A stretch of DNA of 64,000 nt from Paraspadella gotoi. Lineage: Eukaryota; Animalia; Chaetognatha. How positions within the stretch are numbered: the stretch's first letter is position 1; the number at the start of each line of letters is the position of its first letter. Below the pieces are notes generated by a model that was not told where the DNA came from, did no database searches, and saw only the letters and a list, made by a program, of their open reading frames with translations. The DNA lies in NCBI GenBank assembly GCA_051294375.1, contig CM119264.1:8348268-8412267 (forward strand), in the 5' to 3' direction. The translations under genes were made by a program, and so were the position numbers. Of this stretch, positions 1-10,795 are shown in pieces.

Positions 1-105
1 AGACAAGAGGATGATATCCTCGAACGAAAAAAAAAAACATCTTCTTGTGTTTTTTCTAAATCCTCAAATTATGAATATTTTTGATGTGTTTGTCTCTTGG
101 GTTGT

Positions 106-1461
106 GAGAGATGAGAATATGAGAGTTCTATGACAAGTCACAAAAGGTACGGAGAGTTCTGTGACAGTTTCTTTGATATGCATATGAACTTCTCTTAATC
201 TCCATGAATCTTACCTCGCTCTCTATCGATACATATTAATGAGAATTCGATCATCCTCGAACGAAAAAAAAAAAACATCTTCTTGTGTTTTTTCTAAATC
301 CTCAAATGTATGAATAATTTTGTTTGAGCGAATATCCTCGACTTATTTTTTTCAAAAAAATCTTTTGTTTGAAGAGACTCTGAATTCATTAATATCGATT
401 CGGTTTGCAACTAAAAAAAAACAAATGGCCAATCGAGTGTGCAACATAAACTCTTTTATTCTTTTTTATGTTTTTTAATGTTCGTAGAAATTTTGTAAAA
501 ATTTCTGCGGACATTAAAAAACACAAAAAAGAATTAAGAGTTTATTGCTTTGAAAAACGCAGAATTTGCTTTGCTAATTTCTGCGTTTTTTAAAGGTTTT
601 TTTTTGATGAGAGCTGTGAACTAGCTAAAAATATTTTGAAATACTAACTAACACAATCAAATTCATATCACAACTAGTAAAAGTTTATACATGTATTTAC
701 ACAAATTTTATTTTAAAATAAACAACAAATTCTATTTTTATTTAAAACATTAAAATTAATTTCTAATTAAACAGCAAATTTAAACTTAAAAAACTTATTT
801 TACTTCTTCCACTTTCTTTCACAACTCACTCTCCCTCCTCCCACCACCCCTCATCGGTGTCTTTGTCTCTTTCACAACTCACTCTCCCTCCTCCCACCAC
901 AATGCGTCTTTCACACAGCGCTTTCTTCTCCTTCCTCAACCCCACCTTCCGCTCCTCTCTCCACCCCCTCATCATTGTCCCTATACCCAAGATTTTCCAT
1001 TGCGATTATCTCATCGCTTCCGGCCTCTAGGGAGACAGATACGAACGAATCTGTCTCCCCGGTGAAAGTGGGCAGGATTGCTCCTGCCCTTTCCGAGGGT
1101 GATCGGTATCGAAACACTAAAAAAGAGAATAAAAAAAATATCTTAAATATTTAAAATATTATTTTAAAGGTTGATTCAGACTTAAATCATTTATTTAAAA
1201 TATTATTTCTTGGTGGGAGTTGGAGGCGTTAGATTCGTAACATCCGTCGATGTTGTCGCCGATCTTCTTTTCCTTTTTTTGGCTTTGCAAACCAAAGCCA
1301 AAAAAATTGCCGCGAGAAGGACAATCTGGATCAGAGACCCAATCTCTTGCAGAAATTGCAAGAGGTTGGGCGATCCAGCGAGTCTGAATTTGAAATATTT
1401 AATTTATTACAATAATATGAATTCAATATTAATACAGTATAACGATAAAATTACTTACTCC
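106..1461 (-). repeat. Left arm of long inverted repeat
   Basis: Reverse complement aligns to 10038-11560, including the paired ORFs 911-1117(-)/10589-10795(+), the TM exon, two hairpins and the TGTCATAGAAC doublet. Confidence 0.9.
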
Positions 1462-1800
1462 GTGGCAGGCGCGTCTACGGCGATGCCACTTCGAACCATC
1501 CAGGTGCTTCGTCTCCATCAACGACGCCACTTTGAACAATTTTTCTACAACGGGTGCGCCCGTCTCATTCATCCTTAATCTCCCTCAAGCCGTNNNNNNN
1601 NNNNNNNNNNNNNNNNNNTGATGTTGATTTCGACGGCGCCATCGATGTGGACGCCGCCGAGGTTGTCGTAGATGTTGTCATCGACGTGGACGGCGCCGTT
1701 GTAGATGGCNNNNNNNNNNNNNNNNNNNNNNNNNNNNNNNNNNNNNNNNNNGTGACCGACGCAACAAACGGCGCGGTCGATGACGAGACGGAACTAATTA
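911..1800 (-). pseudogene. Single-pass membrane protein family, copy 1 (S/T-rich ectodomain, TM, acidic tail ending ESAV), apparently disrupted
   Basis: TM exon from 1383 encodes LAGSPNLLQFLQEIGSLIQIVLLAAIFLALVCKAKKRKRR. Last exon 911-1116 ends MENLGYRDNDE...EESAV*. Thr/Ser-rich sequence at 1620-1800. The donor after the TM exon reads GA instead of GT, and the upstream exon has an in-frame stop. Confidence 0.55.
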
Positions 1801-2463
1801 AAGCGTACGTTTTTTTTTTACAATCGAAGTACTAGATACAATGTACTTAATTAGAAATTATACATATTTAACTAAAAAAAATAAATTACTTACTGGGTTT
1901 TTGGAGTTGTTTCACTCCAAAAATCAATGTCGCCCGGACCANNNNNNNNNNNNNNNNNNNNNNNNNNNNNNNNNNNNNNNNNNNNNNNNNNNNNNNNNNN
2001 NNNNNNNNNNNNNNNNNNNNNNNNNNNNNNNNNNNNNNNNNNNNNNNNNNNNNNNNNNNNNNNNNNNNNNNNNNNNNNNNNNNNNNNNNNNNNNNNNNNN
2101 NNNNNNNNNNNNNNNNNNNNNNNNNNNNNNNNNNNNNNNNNNNNNNNNNNNNNNNNNNNNNNNNNNNNNNNNNNNNNNNNNNNNNNNNNNNNNNNNNNNN
2201 NNNNNNNNNNNNNNNNNNNNNNNNNNNNNGGGTTTGGGAGAGTGGAATTAAAAAAAAGTTTGCTTATGGGGAGTGGAAAACTTTTCATTCGGTGCGATAA
2301 GATTTTTTTTTGTCTCATTTAATATTCCAATCTTCTCAGAAAGATTAAATGGAATGAGAGAAGATCAAACTCTGTGGGGGAGAAATAAATTATTGTAAAA
2401 AAAATGTACTTAATTATTCAAACTTACCTTTAAAAGAAGAAGATTCGCGATGCTTGCCGATCA

Positions 2464-3722
2464 ATGATGAATTCGATTCCTTCTTGCAACGTCTGTTACG
2501 AATCTTTCGATAAAGAAACGAGAAGAGCCGTTTCATGTTTGTACAACTCTGAACAATATACATATATTGTAAAATTTATCTTAATAATAATTACTATTAC
2601 TATTATTATTATTATTATTATTTTACAGGCTTGTATGGACATTCGGTTTGTTACATTTGCCACGAACAAATTTTAATTTACAATAAAGGCTTATGCTCAA
2701 TATGCAAGAATCCTTTCCTTAAAAAATGCGAAATTTGCAATACTTTTGAATATAATTTATCTGTTAAAAATAATGAATTAGAAGATTCTTGCATGATCAT
2801 TAAATCTTTAACAGAACAAAATAAAAATTTTAGGTAATTTTTATATAAATATATATATATATTATTATTATCTAACATCTATTTTCACTTCTTTTTTAAA
2901 AAAAAAGGAAAGAAATTTCATCTTTAAAAATTCTTTTGGAAAAAAAAGAAAAGAAAGAAAAAATGAGTTCTCAAATTCCCACAAAACGGTAAGTGTTTTG
3001 TTTAAAAAAAATTTGAAAATATTATTTTTTTTTAATTGAAATCAATCAAACATCAAAAATTGTTTCTTTTTTAGATCCAAGAGGAACCAGGTTTTGGACG
3101 ATGCCGAGGAAGACATTTCAATCATCGATTCTCCTCAACCCGGTCCATCGGGGTAAGTTTATTAAATTATTCATACTAAAATGAGAAAACAAAAACAAAA
3201 ATATTTATGGGTTTAAAAAATAATTTTAGTCTAAACAACAACGAAGAAATGATGGGGCCTTTGATTCCTATTTCACAATATACCATCGTGGAAATAAAAT
3301 CGCCTAACAAATATATAATTAAAAAAGAAAGATATTCTGGCGCTGGCGCCAACGAAAAGGCCAAATTCATGTCCGTTCAAAAAATGATCATCAGCTTCCA
3401 AGAAGGAACGAAGCTGAAGAATCTTTGGGATGACGGGGAGTTGATGACCGAGTTCGATGAAAAAGAAATTATGGCGAAATCCATAGATAGCGCCGTCGGA
3501 AAAAAAACCCTCGTTTCGGATAGCTTGGCCTATTCCATCGGGGTCTACAGACCCCCAAATTGCGATCAGGCCAAGGCTTCCATGCAATTGAAGCCTTTCA
3601 TATCCGAAAAGAACGAAATCCATTTCACCAACCCGATGCTTTATGGCATCAGCTTGTCCAAGGACGAAACGGATAAATTCATCCGTATCATCCGCAAGCG
3701 AGACGGCGGCCCGTTCCTTTGA
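2464..3722 (+). CDS. 5-exon, 309-aa protein: RING-HC finger, coiled coil/basic patch, SIM-like motif, C-terminal putative tandem PC4-like ssDNA-binding region
   Basis: Exons 2464-2536, 2629-2833, 2908-2988, 3075-3152 and 3230-3722 have GT-AG introns and consistent phases (930 nt). Splicing creates CNVC-x13-CLYGHSVCYIC-x11-CSIC. The C-terminus has KASMQLKPF...GISLSKDE, resembling PC4 KVLIDIREY...GISLNPEQ. Confidence 0.75.
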
Positions 3723-4069
3723 ACGAAAAAAAAAAAACTGTATAGAGAGAAAAAAGAAAGTTTTATAACATTACAACATTTAAATATTAATATTCGAATA
3801 TTTTTCATTAGATCTTAAATCTTTTTCTATCCTTTTGTTTATTTACTCAGATTAAAAAAAACAAAAACAAAAAACAAAAAAACCAAAAATGGAAAATAAC
3901 TCTAGATCTCGAAAATCCTTTTTTAGTCACGACCCTCTACACGTAATTATTATTACGATTAAACTATATCAAATATGTTGGAAATTTTATAAATATCAAT
4001 CAAATAGTCCTAAGTTTTCTCAAACCAAAAGTCGATGAGGATTAAACAAATTTGGTTGGCGAATGAAGC

Positions 4070-4774
4070 ATGATCGAAGGAATGAAACGTGCAATGAGCG
4101 ATGATGACGATGCATTCACGAGAAAACAAAAAAACGACAGATTAGAAGCCAAGAAGACGCTGCTTTTGAATTTTACATCCATCTCCTTTACAAACTTTGA
4201 CTTTTTGAATAAACTTTTTACAGAATTGGAAAGCATTTTAAAACATGAATTACCCATAGCTTTAGAGGGTATACCTTATTTCGAATCTTTCATAGATAAT
4301 AATAAATATAAAGTGGATCATTTGGTTTTAGACATTGGAGTAGAACTTAACAGATTAATATGTTTTTATTATATTTTTCTTATTTTAGAACCGGTTTTTA
4401 TTAATTCTAGTTCGAAAGATAGGTTTCGACATGTTTTTCCAATGTTGGAATACGAAAGAGCCTTTAACGAAGAAAGATATATAGAATATAAAAAGTTATT
4501 AGATTCATTTAAATTAAAAGTAAAAGAAACGCTTAATTTTGTTTCCAATTTCGATTGTCATAATATAATCAAAGAAAAAGTTTGTGAATGTCATACGTCG
4601 CATCTGTTTAAAGACGTAGAAAAAGTAATAAGATCTATTAAATACAAAATAAATGTATACATTGCGATGATGATCACAATAAAATTCTTTATAAAAAAGT
4701 TATGGGAGAAATATCCAGATCCTGTTGAAATACCAATTCCGGTTTCAGCTTTGATTTATGCCACATTTGAATGA
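4070..4774 (+). CDS. Hypothetical 234-aa helical protein inside the inverted-repeat element, possibly part of a longer decayed or spliced gene (~3889-5119)
   Basis: Long non-repetitive ORF in AT-rich DNA. Protein-like but stop-interrupted frames on both sides, including CAEDHNCKKC near 4920-4950. No family recognised. Confidence 0.45.
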   Translation: MIEGMKRAMSDDDDAFTRKQKNDRLEAKKTLLLNFTSISFTNFDFLNKLFTELESILKHELPIALEGIPYFESFIDNNKYKVDHLVLDIGVELNRLICFYYIFLILEPVFINSSSKDRFRHVFPMLEYERAFNEERYIEYKKLLDSFKLKVKETLNFVSNFDCHNIIKEKVCECHTSHLFKDVEKVIRSIKYKINVYIAMMITIKFFIKKLWEKYPDPVEIPIPVSALIYATFE

Positions 4775-5408
4775 GATAATACTGATTTTTTTAGATGGAG
4801 AACAAAATGAAGATATGAGATATAAACTTTTTAAAACTCAAGTTTTAACATCACTTGCGAAATTACTTGGTCATGTCGAACATAATTCAATCGATATTCA
4901 TTATTCATGAATCTACACAATGTGCCGAAGATCACAATTGCAAAAAATGTTACATGAGGCCCAATTATGGAATTTTTGGTGACGAGATCAACAGCTCATT
5001 TTAGAGTACAAAGAATTAAGACGACATGGGAGCTGATCACAAATTTCGAGGAATTAATGAAGAAGTTCGATGAAAGAATGAGAACAAGATCTCCCTCCTT
5101 CGACGATTCATCATATTAAAAAAACATTTTTATTAACGGTTAATTTTTTTATTAACTTCTCTAAAGTCAAATAAAATGAAATTAAATAAATAAAGGAAAT
5201 AACCGGTCATTTTTCAAAATCTATCAAATTACCCAAATCTGCAAAAAATTATAGCTATTAATCATTTTTCTATTTTACCTAGAATCGAAAATGTTTATCG
5301 ATGATGCGATTAAATGTTTAGAATCTAAATTTACATACTTGATCGGAAATTATTCTAAAAAAATACAATGAAATTGTAAACGGAAAAGAGAGCGGAATCT
5401 TTTTTCAC

Positions 5409-6400
5409 CTACCGCGATGCTACCGTGGTACGAGTTTTACTTTTAAGAATAACATTGTATATTTTATTATCAGCAATGGATCGATCTTTTTTTCCACGAA
5501 ACCTGTATTGACTATCACATAATCGGGAAACTTCGGGCGATGGTGCGAGTTTCTTCGCTAGCCTTTTTCTCCATTCTTGCTCTGGCCCCGCGCTCCGGAA
5601 CCGCGACAATCAACTCTCCTCATAACATCATTCTAGCTCCCTCGGGGCGAAGGATATAGCGAATGCCTCCTATTCGTGAGTATTCTCATGCTGAGCATTT
5701 AAGTTGTCACTTCTGTCATTGGTCAGAATAAAATTCGCACGTGCTTATCTCAAGGGGGTTTCGGTCCTGGCCGCCGATTGCGAAGTGAGTGGTGACGAAA
5801 GGTTACTTTCGGCGTTTCAAATGTACTTTGTCAATTAAGTTTTTAATGCGCCAAGCTCCTCACGGCCCTAAATGACGTACCTAAAATCATCACTCTCGAA
5901 CGAGCGTTAAAGCCGATAAACTCTATTGCAGTATCTTCCGTTAAGGAGCGCAGAAACATGGCGCTCCGAGAGTAACACGAGAGATTTGACCAACCGCAGT
6001 TAAATATCGAAATTTTGACTCGCACACCAGGTGCGCACATCTGGGTCCGCAAATGCAGTTGCCTCCTCGACATGCGGCACACATGTGACCCAACCCGTAG
6101 TCACCTCCTTCATCGGACGTCCCCAGGAAATCCTCACCCTGCCCATTCCAATAGCTACTTATGGGGAAAAGAGACTCAAGTTCTCTGTCCAACTTCACCT
6201 CCCATTTTTCATGCGGGAGCTTTGGTTCAGCCCTTAGTCTCGCACCTGTTATGACACGCGTTACAAATCGTCCCGCTCCTTCTTTTTTAACGGCGTGCGT
6301 TCTTTCTTTGTTTTTCTCTCTTTTTATAAAATGGACGTGCGACCGCCTTTTCCTTCTTTTCCTTTCCCCCGAGAGGCGCTCGAGAGAGTTCTGATATCGA
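5409..6400 (-). CDS. Fragments of an unidentified, probably spliced gene with basic and Cys-rich segments
   Basis: Open frame ~6400-5941 with RKRRKRR and CAACRGGNCICGPRCAHLVC. Frame 5609-5409 ends at a GTAGGT donor. Further small AG/GT-bounded segments lie at ~5280-5355. Confidence 0.3.
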
Positions 6401-7179
6401 CCGTGTTGGCCAGTACATACGCACCTCCTCTTTTTTCTCTCCCTGTGTTCTCACCTCTGCTGTCTTCTTCTTTTCCTATATCCTTGATAACTCTTTCTTC
6501 GTTTTGGTCTACATGTTCTCTTTTCGTGTTTGTGTCATTTCTTCTTTATTATTTTTTTGGTCCTTTCGACTAGAAAAAAAAAAACAACTACTGCGAATGA
6601 ACCCTTGTCCTCGCACATCGATCAAATGGGAGGGGGTAAAAAGAAAAATGGAACCGATGAAAAAAAAAATGGGTTATTTTTTGAGGAAGACTTTTCTATA
6701 GAAACAAAAAAATATCAAAAAAACTTAATTCAAAACANNNNNNNNNNNNNNNNNNNNNNNNNNNNNNNNNNNNNNNNNNNNNNNNNNNNNNNNNNNNNNN
6801 NNNNNNNNNNNNNNNNNNNNNNNNNNNNNNNNNNNNNNNNNNNNNNNNNNNNNNNNNNNNNNNNNNNNNNNNNNNNNNNNNNNNNNNNNNNNNNNNNNNN
6901 NNNNNNNNNNNNNNNNNNNNNNNNNNNNNNNNNNNNNNNNNNNNNNNNNNNNNNNNNNNNNNNNNNNTGTTAAAGTTTCACACAAACTTTTTTGTGAAAT
7001 TTCAAAAGGATGAAAATGACGAAATAACCATAATAGGTTTTTTTTTTGATCAAAGATCGAGGGTTCTTCACGAATCTTNNNNNNNNNNNNNNNNNNNNNN
7101 NNNNNNNNNNNNNNNNNNNNNNNNNNNNNNNNNNNNNNNNNNNNNNNNNNNNNNNNNNNNNNNNNNNNNNNNNNNNNNA

Positions 7180-8208
7180 GAAGCAAAGGAGTCTTTCGCG
7201 ATTATACACGCGAGTTTTGGCTATACAACGCTGAAACAAAAATCTTCTTCAGACGTCCCCCTTGCATCCATCGTCGCCAACGCGGACAACGACAACAACA
7301 ACAATGGCGCAGTCGCCGTCAATGTCAACGACGTTAAATACCGGTAAGGAAAAAAAAAGATGCAATGTTTAAAAATAAATTATATATAATGCATTATAAA
7401 ATAATATTTTTATTTCTTTTTCAGAGAAATTACAGACGAAGACGAAGGCAACGAAGGAGAAGGAAGCGGAGGCCCTGGCGGCGATTTTGGGGAAGACGAC
7501 GGCGACGACGAGAGAAGCAGCAGCTGCCTCTCGACCTCCGGCTGCAGCGCTGTCAAAGTAAGTTTTGAAATGATATGAATTTAATACAAAAAAAAAAATC
7601 GAACATTTCTCGCTCCTTTCCTAGTTCGACACTTACTACGAATCCAACTGCTGTTTTTACCTCCACTTTCTTCTCTTCGCCTTCGCCTTCCTCTTCATGG
7701 GCATCATACTCGCCGTCTCCATCACTCTCAACCACTGGCGAGACTTTCGTTGCCAGTAGTATCAAGTAAGATTTAAAATTGATTAATTGATTGCTTGATT
7801 GGTTTATTTAAATAAATAGTAAAAGTTTTAATAATTTTGTGAGGGCTTTCGACGAAAATCTATAAAAATAAAATGGGTCCGGTCCTTCACAACCCATTTT
7901 GCCTTTGTCGATCATGCATCGACGGGAGAATTAATTTTAAATTAAAAAAATGAAACAAACAAATTTACGCCACCGCTGCCTCCGCCGCCGCTGACAACAG
8001 GTCGGCGGTCGGAAGAAAAGACTCAAAAAAAAAAGACAAATCCTGCCCACCTTCACGGGAGAAACGGACTGTTTCTGTGGTGTTAGAGGTGGAGGGCGAT
8101 GAATGCATCGCCATGGAACATCTCTGGTAAAGAGACAATGATGAGGGGGGAGCTGAAGGGGGAGGAGCTGAAGAAAGAGCTGAGGAAAGAGATGGGAGTG
8201 TTTTGTAA
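7180..8208 (+). pseudogene. Single-pass membrane protein family, copy 3 (degenerate tail; upstream exons open in two frames)
   Basis: Exons 7180-7343, 7425-7557 and 7625-7765. 8038-8208 reads ILPTFTGETDCF..EGDECIAMEHLW*RDNDEGGAE, homologous to the ESAV tail exon but with a stop and an indel. Confidence 0.5.
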
Positions 8209-9760
8209 ATGTTTTCGTTTTTTAAAGTTTTAAGTATATTGTTTATTAGTAAAGCAAGTTTTAAGGTTTAAATAGAAGTAAAATTGATTGTTTATTAAAG
8301 AATGAAATTGATGTCATAATCCATCCTTGTCATAGAACTCTTCTACTTTTTGTGACCTGTCATAGAACATCATATTCTATCTCTCTGTGAAGAAAGTAAA
8401 AAATCATAAACAAATGATAATGAAATTACATAAATAAATGAGAAAAAGTGGTTTACGAAATGATCAATGAAATGAAAAATAAGCAGGTAACAATCTGAAA
8501 TCTAATTCATTGGTTTTTCCCTTTACAGCTGTCTCTACATCGAGTGACCTCGAGGGTCAACCAGATTTATGTGTATTTATAGTAAAAGTTTTAATTAATT
8601 TTGTGAGGGCTTTCAACGAAAAGGGAGGCTCTGGTCGGGAAGTTAGATTATTAATGGGTCGAAATTCTGTTCAGTGCTTCGCTGGCTTATGCAATTGTTG
8701 TTGTTGTCGATAAAATTACTCTCAATTAAAAATTTTACCGCCATTAAGAAATATGGTTGTTTTTGTTTGCATTTTCCGAAGGCTATTAGGCACTCTCGTT
8801 TTCAGTTTTTTAATTTTTGAAATTGAGCTTTGAATACACCACTTACTTTATCATGTCATTCCCCTCTTTTCCCTATGCTAATAATAATTGCTCTCTCTTT
8901 TTTCGTTTTTTTCCCAATTTTAAATATACATTTACATTTAGATTAAATATTTTATATTTATTAACCATACCCTAACCTTAACCCTAAATATATAATATTT
9001 TAATCTAAAATATTAATGTATAGTATATATGTTTCATATTTAATCCAGATATAATGCAGTTTGTTGTTGCACAGTTGGATATGTGGATTTGATTCAGGTC
9101 CGACTTTAGGAGACGTTTAGAGACGTTTTTAAAGACGTAAAATATACCAATAATTCTTGCAATTCATGAACAGGATAGAGTCAAGACGTTTTAGGAGACA
9201 AATACCTCTTTATTTGAGGTAACAACGGTAATGAATAAGCAAAAACTATGTTCAAAAGTAGAGTTCGTGACGTCAGTTGGCGTGAAATGACCAGGATGAC
9301 ATCAGCCTCCATGACTTGACGGACAGACGACTGTGGTCTTTTGTCGAATAAACTACAAGATCATTCAAACAGAGTTAATTAGTTTCAATTATTGTAAATA
9401 ATGTAGCAAGATAGCCAAGGTGGCGCCTAACGGCAACGCCGCGGAGCTGCCGGTTGGTAAGTCGCGGTGTTCGAGAATTCTTACGGAAATTCCCCTTTGC
9501 TCAAATCCTCTACTTTGCGAAATACTAGAAAGAAGAAGAAGAAAAAAAAAATTTAGATGAAATATTTATTATAACGATTTTGTTTACAAAATGATTTTGT
9601 GGGCTACTTAGTAAAAGTGTATGAAATTAACGAACGCTCATAATTCATGGTGGTACTACACGCGCTAGTTATGTTTTATTGTTAGTACTTTCGATCTAAT
9701 CCTACTCCTTTAAATAAATTTCGAAATCTTTTTTCCTAATCAGAATCTAATAAAAGCAAA

Positions 9761-10795
9761 ATGGACGATCACGAATCCATTTGCTTATGCAAAATCTGTT
9801 TAATTTTTAAACGAAAAAATGCCAAAGACAAACAAACGCAGCCTCTGGCATCACCAGCACCATCGACCGCAACATCAAGTTGGTGGTCGCAAGCGGTGAC
9901 GTATGAAGAAACGACAAAGGGGGCTGTCCCCCACCCCACTCCACCCCTCATTTGAAATTTTTGAAAAACTCAATGACAGTGGCGCCATCTACGTCGGAAA
10001 CGGTGGCGCCGTCGCCAAATTCGCCTCAAGCAGTCATGGAGTAAGTAAATTTATCGTTAAATTGTATTAATATTGAATTCATTTTATTGTAATAAATTAG
10101 AGAATTGACAAAGTTTTTGTTTGCAACGAATTTTATTTATAGTTGAACAGACATGTTTCGACTTGTTTTACAAGTCTTCATCAGCGTTTTGACAGAATGG
10201 TTTAAAATTTGTGCATAAGAATAAATTAAATATTTCAAATTCAGACACGCTGGATCAAACAATCTCTTGCAATTTTTATAAGAGATTGNNNNNNNNNNAT
10301 TGTAATAAATTAGATATTTCAAATTCAGACACGCTGGATCACCCAATCTCTTGCAATTTTTACAAGAGATTGGGTCTCTCATCCAGATTGTCCTGCTTGT
10401 GGCAATTTTTTTGGCTTTGGTTTGCAAAGTCAAAAAAAGAAAAAGATCCGCAACGACATCAACGGATGTCACCAACCTCTCACCTCCTAATCCACCAAGT
10501 AATTAATATTGCAAAATAAATGATTATAAGTCTAATGAACTTTAAATAATATTTTAAATATTTAAGATATTTTTTTTAATTCTTTTTAGTGTTTCGGTAC
10601 CGCTCGACTTCCGAAAGGGCAGGAGCAATCCTGCCCACTTCCACCAGGGAGACAGATTCATTCGTATCTTTCTCCCTGGAGGCCGGAGGCGATGAATTTA
10701 TCGCCATGGAGAACTTGGGATACCGAGACAATGATGAGGGAGTGGAGAGAGGAGCGGAAGGTGGAGTCGAGGAAGGAGAAGAAAGTGCGGTGTGA
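9761..10795 (+). CDS. Single-pass membrane protein family, copy 2 (intact TM and tail exons; 5' exon frame-disrupted)
   Basis: Exon ending 10040 (MTVAPSTSETVAPSPNSPQAVME), TM exon 10329-10498 (IGSLIQIVLLVAIFLALVCKVKKRKR) and last exon 10590-10795 splice in phase to give ...MENLGYRDNDE...EESAV*. ORF 9761-9955 is out of frame with the rest. Confidence 0.55.

Noticed and set aside
4774-5119. Stop-codon reassignment/readthrough extending the 234-aa ORF
   Set aside because: Both TGA and TAA interrupt the frame and other genes use them as normal stops; decay or splicing is simpler.
7425-7759. Syndecan
   Set aside because: Has EGSG and a TM helix but lacks the conserved RMKKKDEGSY...EFYA cytoplasmic domain.
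9410-9480. tRNA-like sequence with A/B-box-like motifs
   Set aside because: No cloverleaf could be folded; too weak to call.
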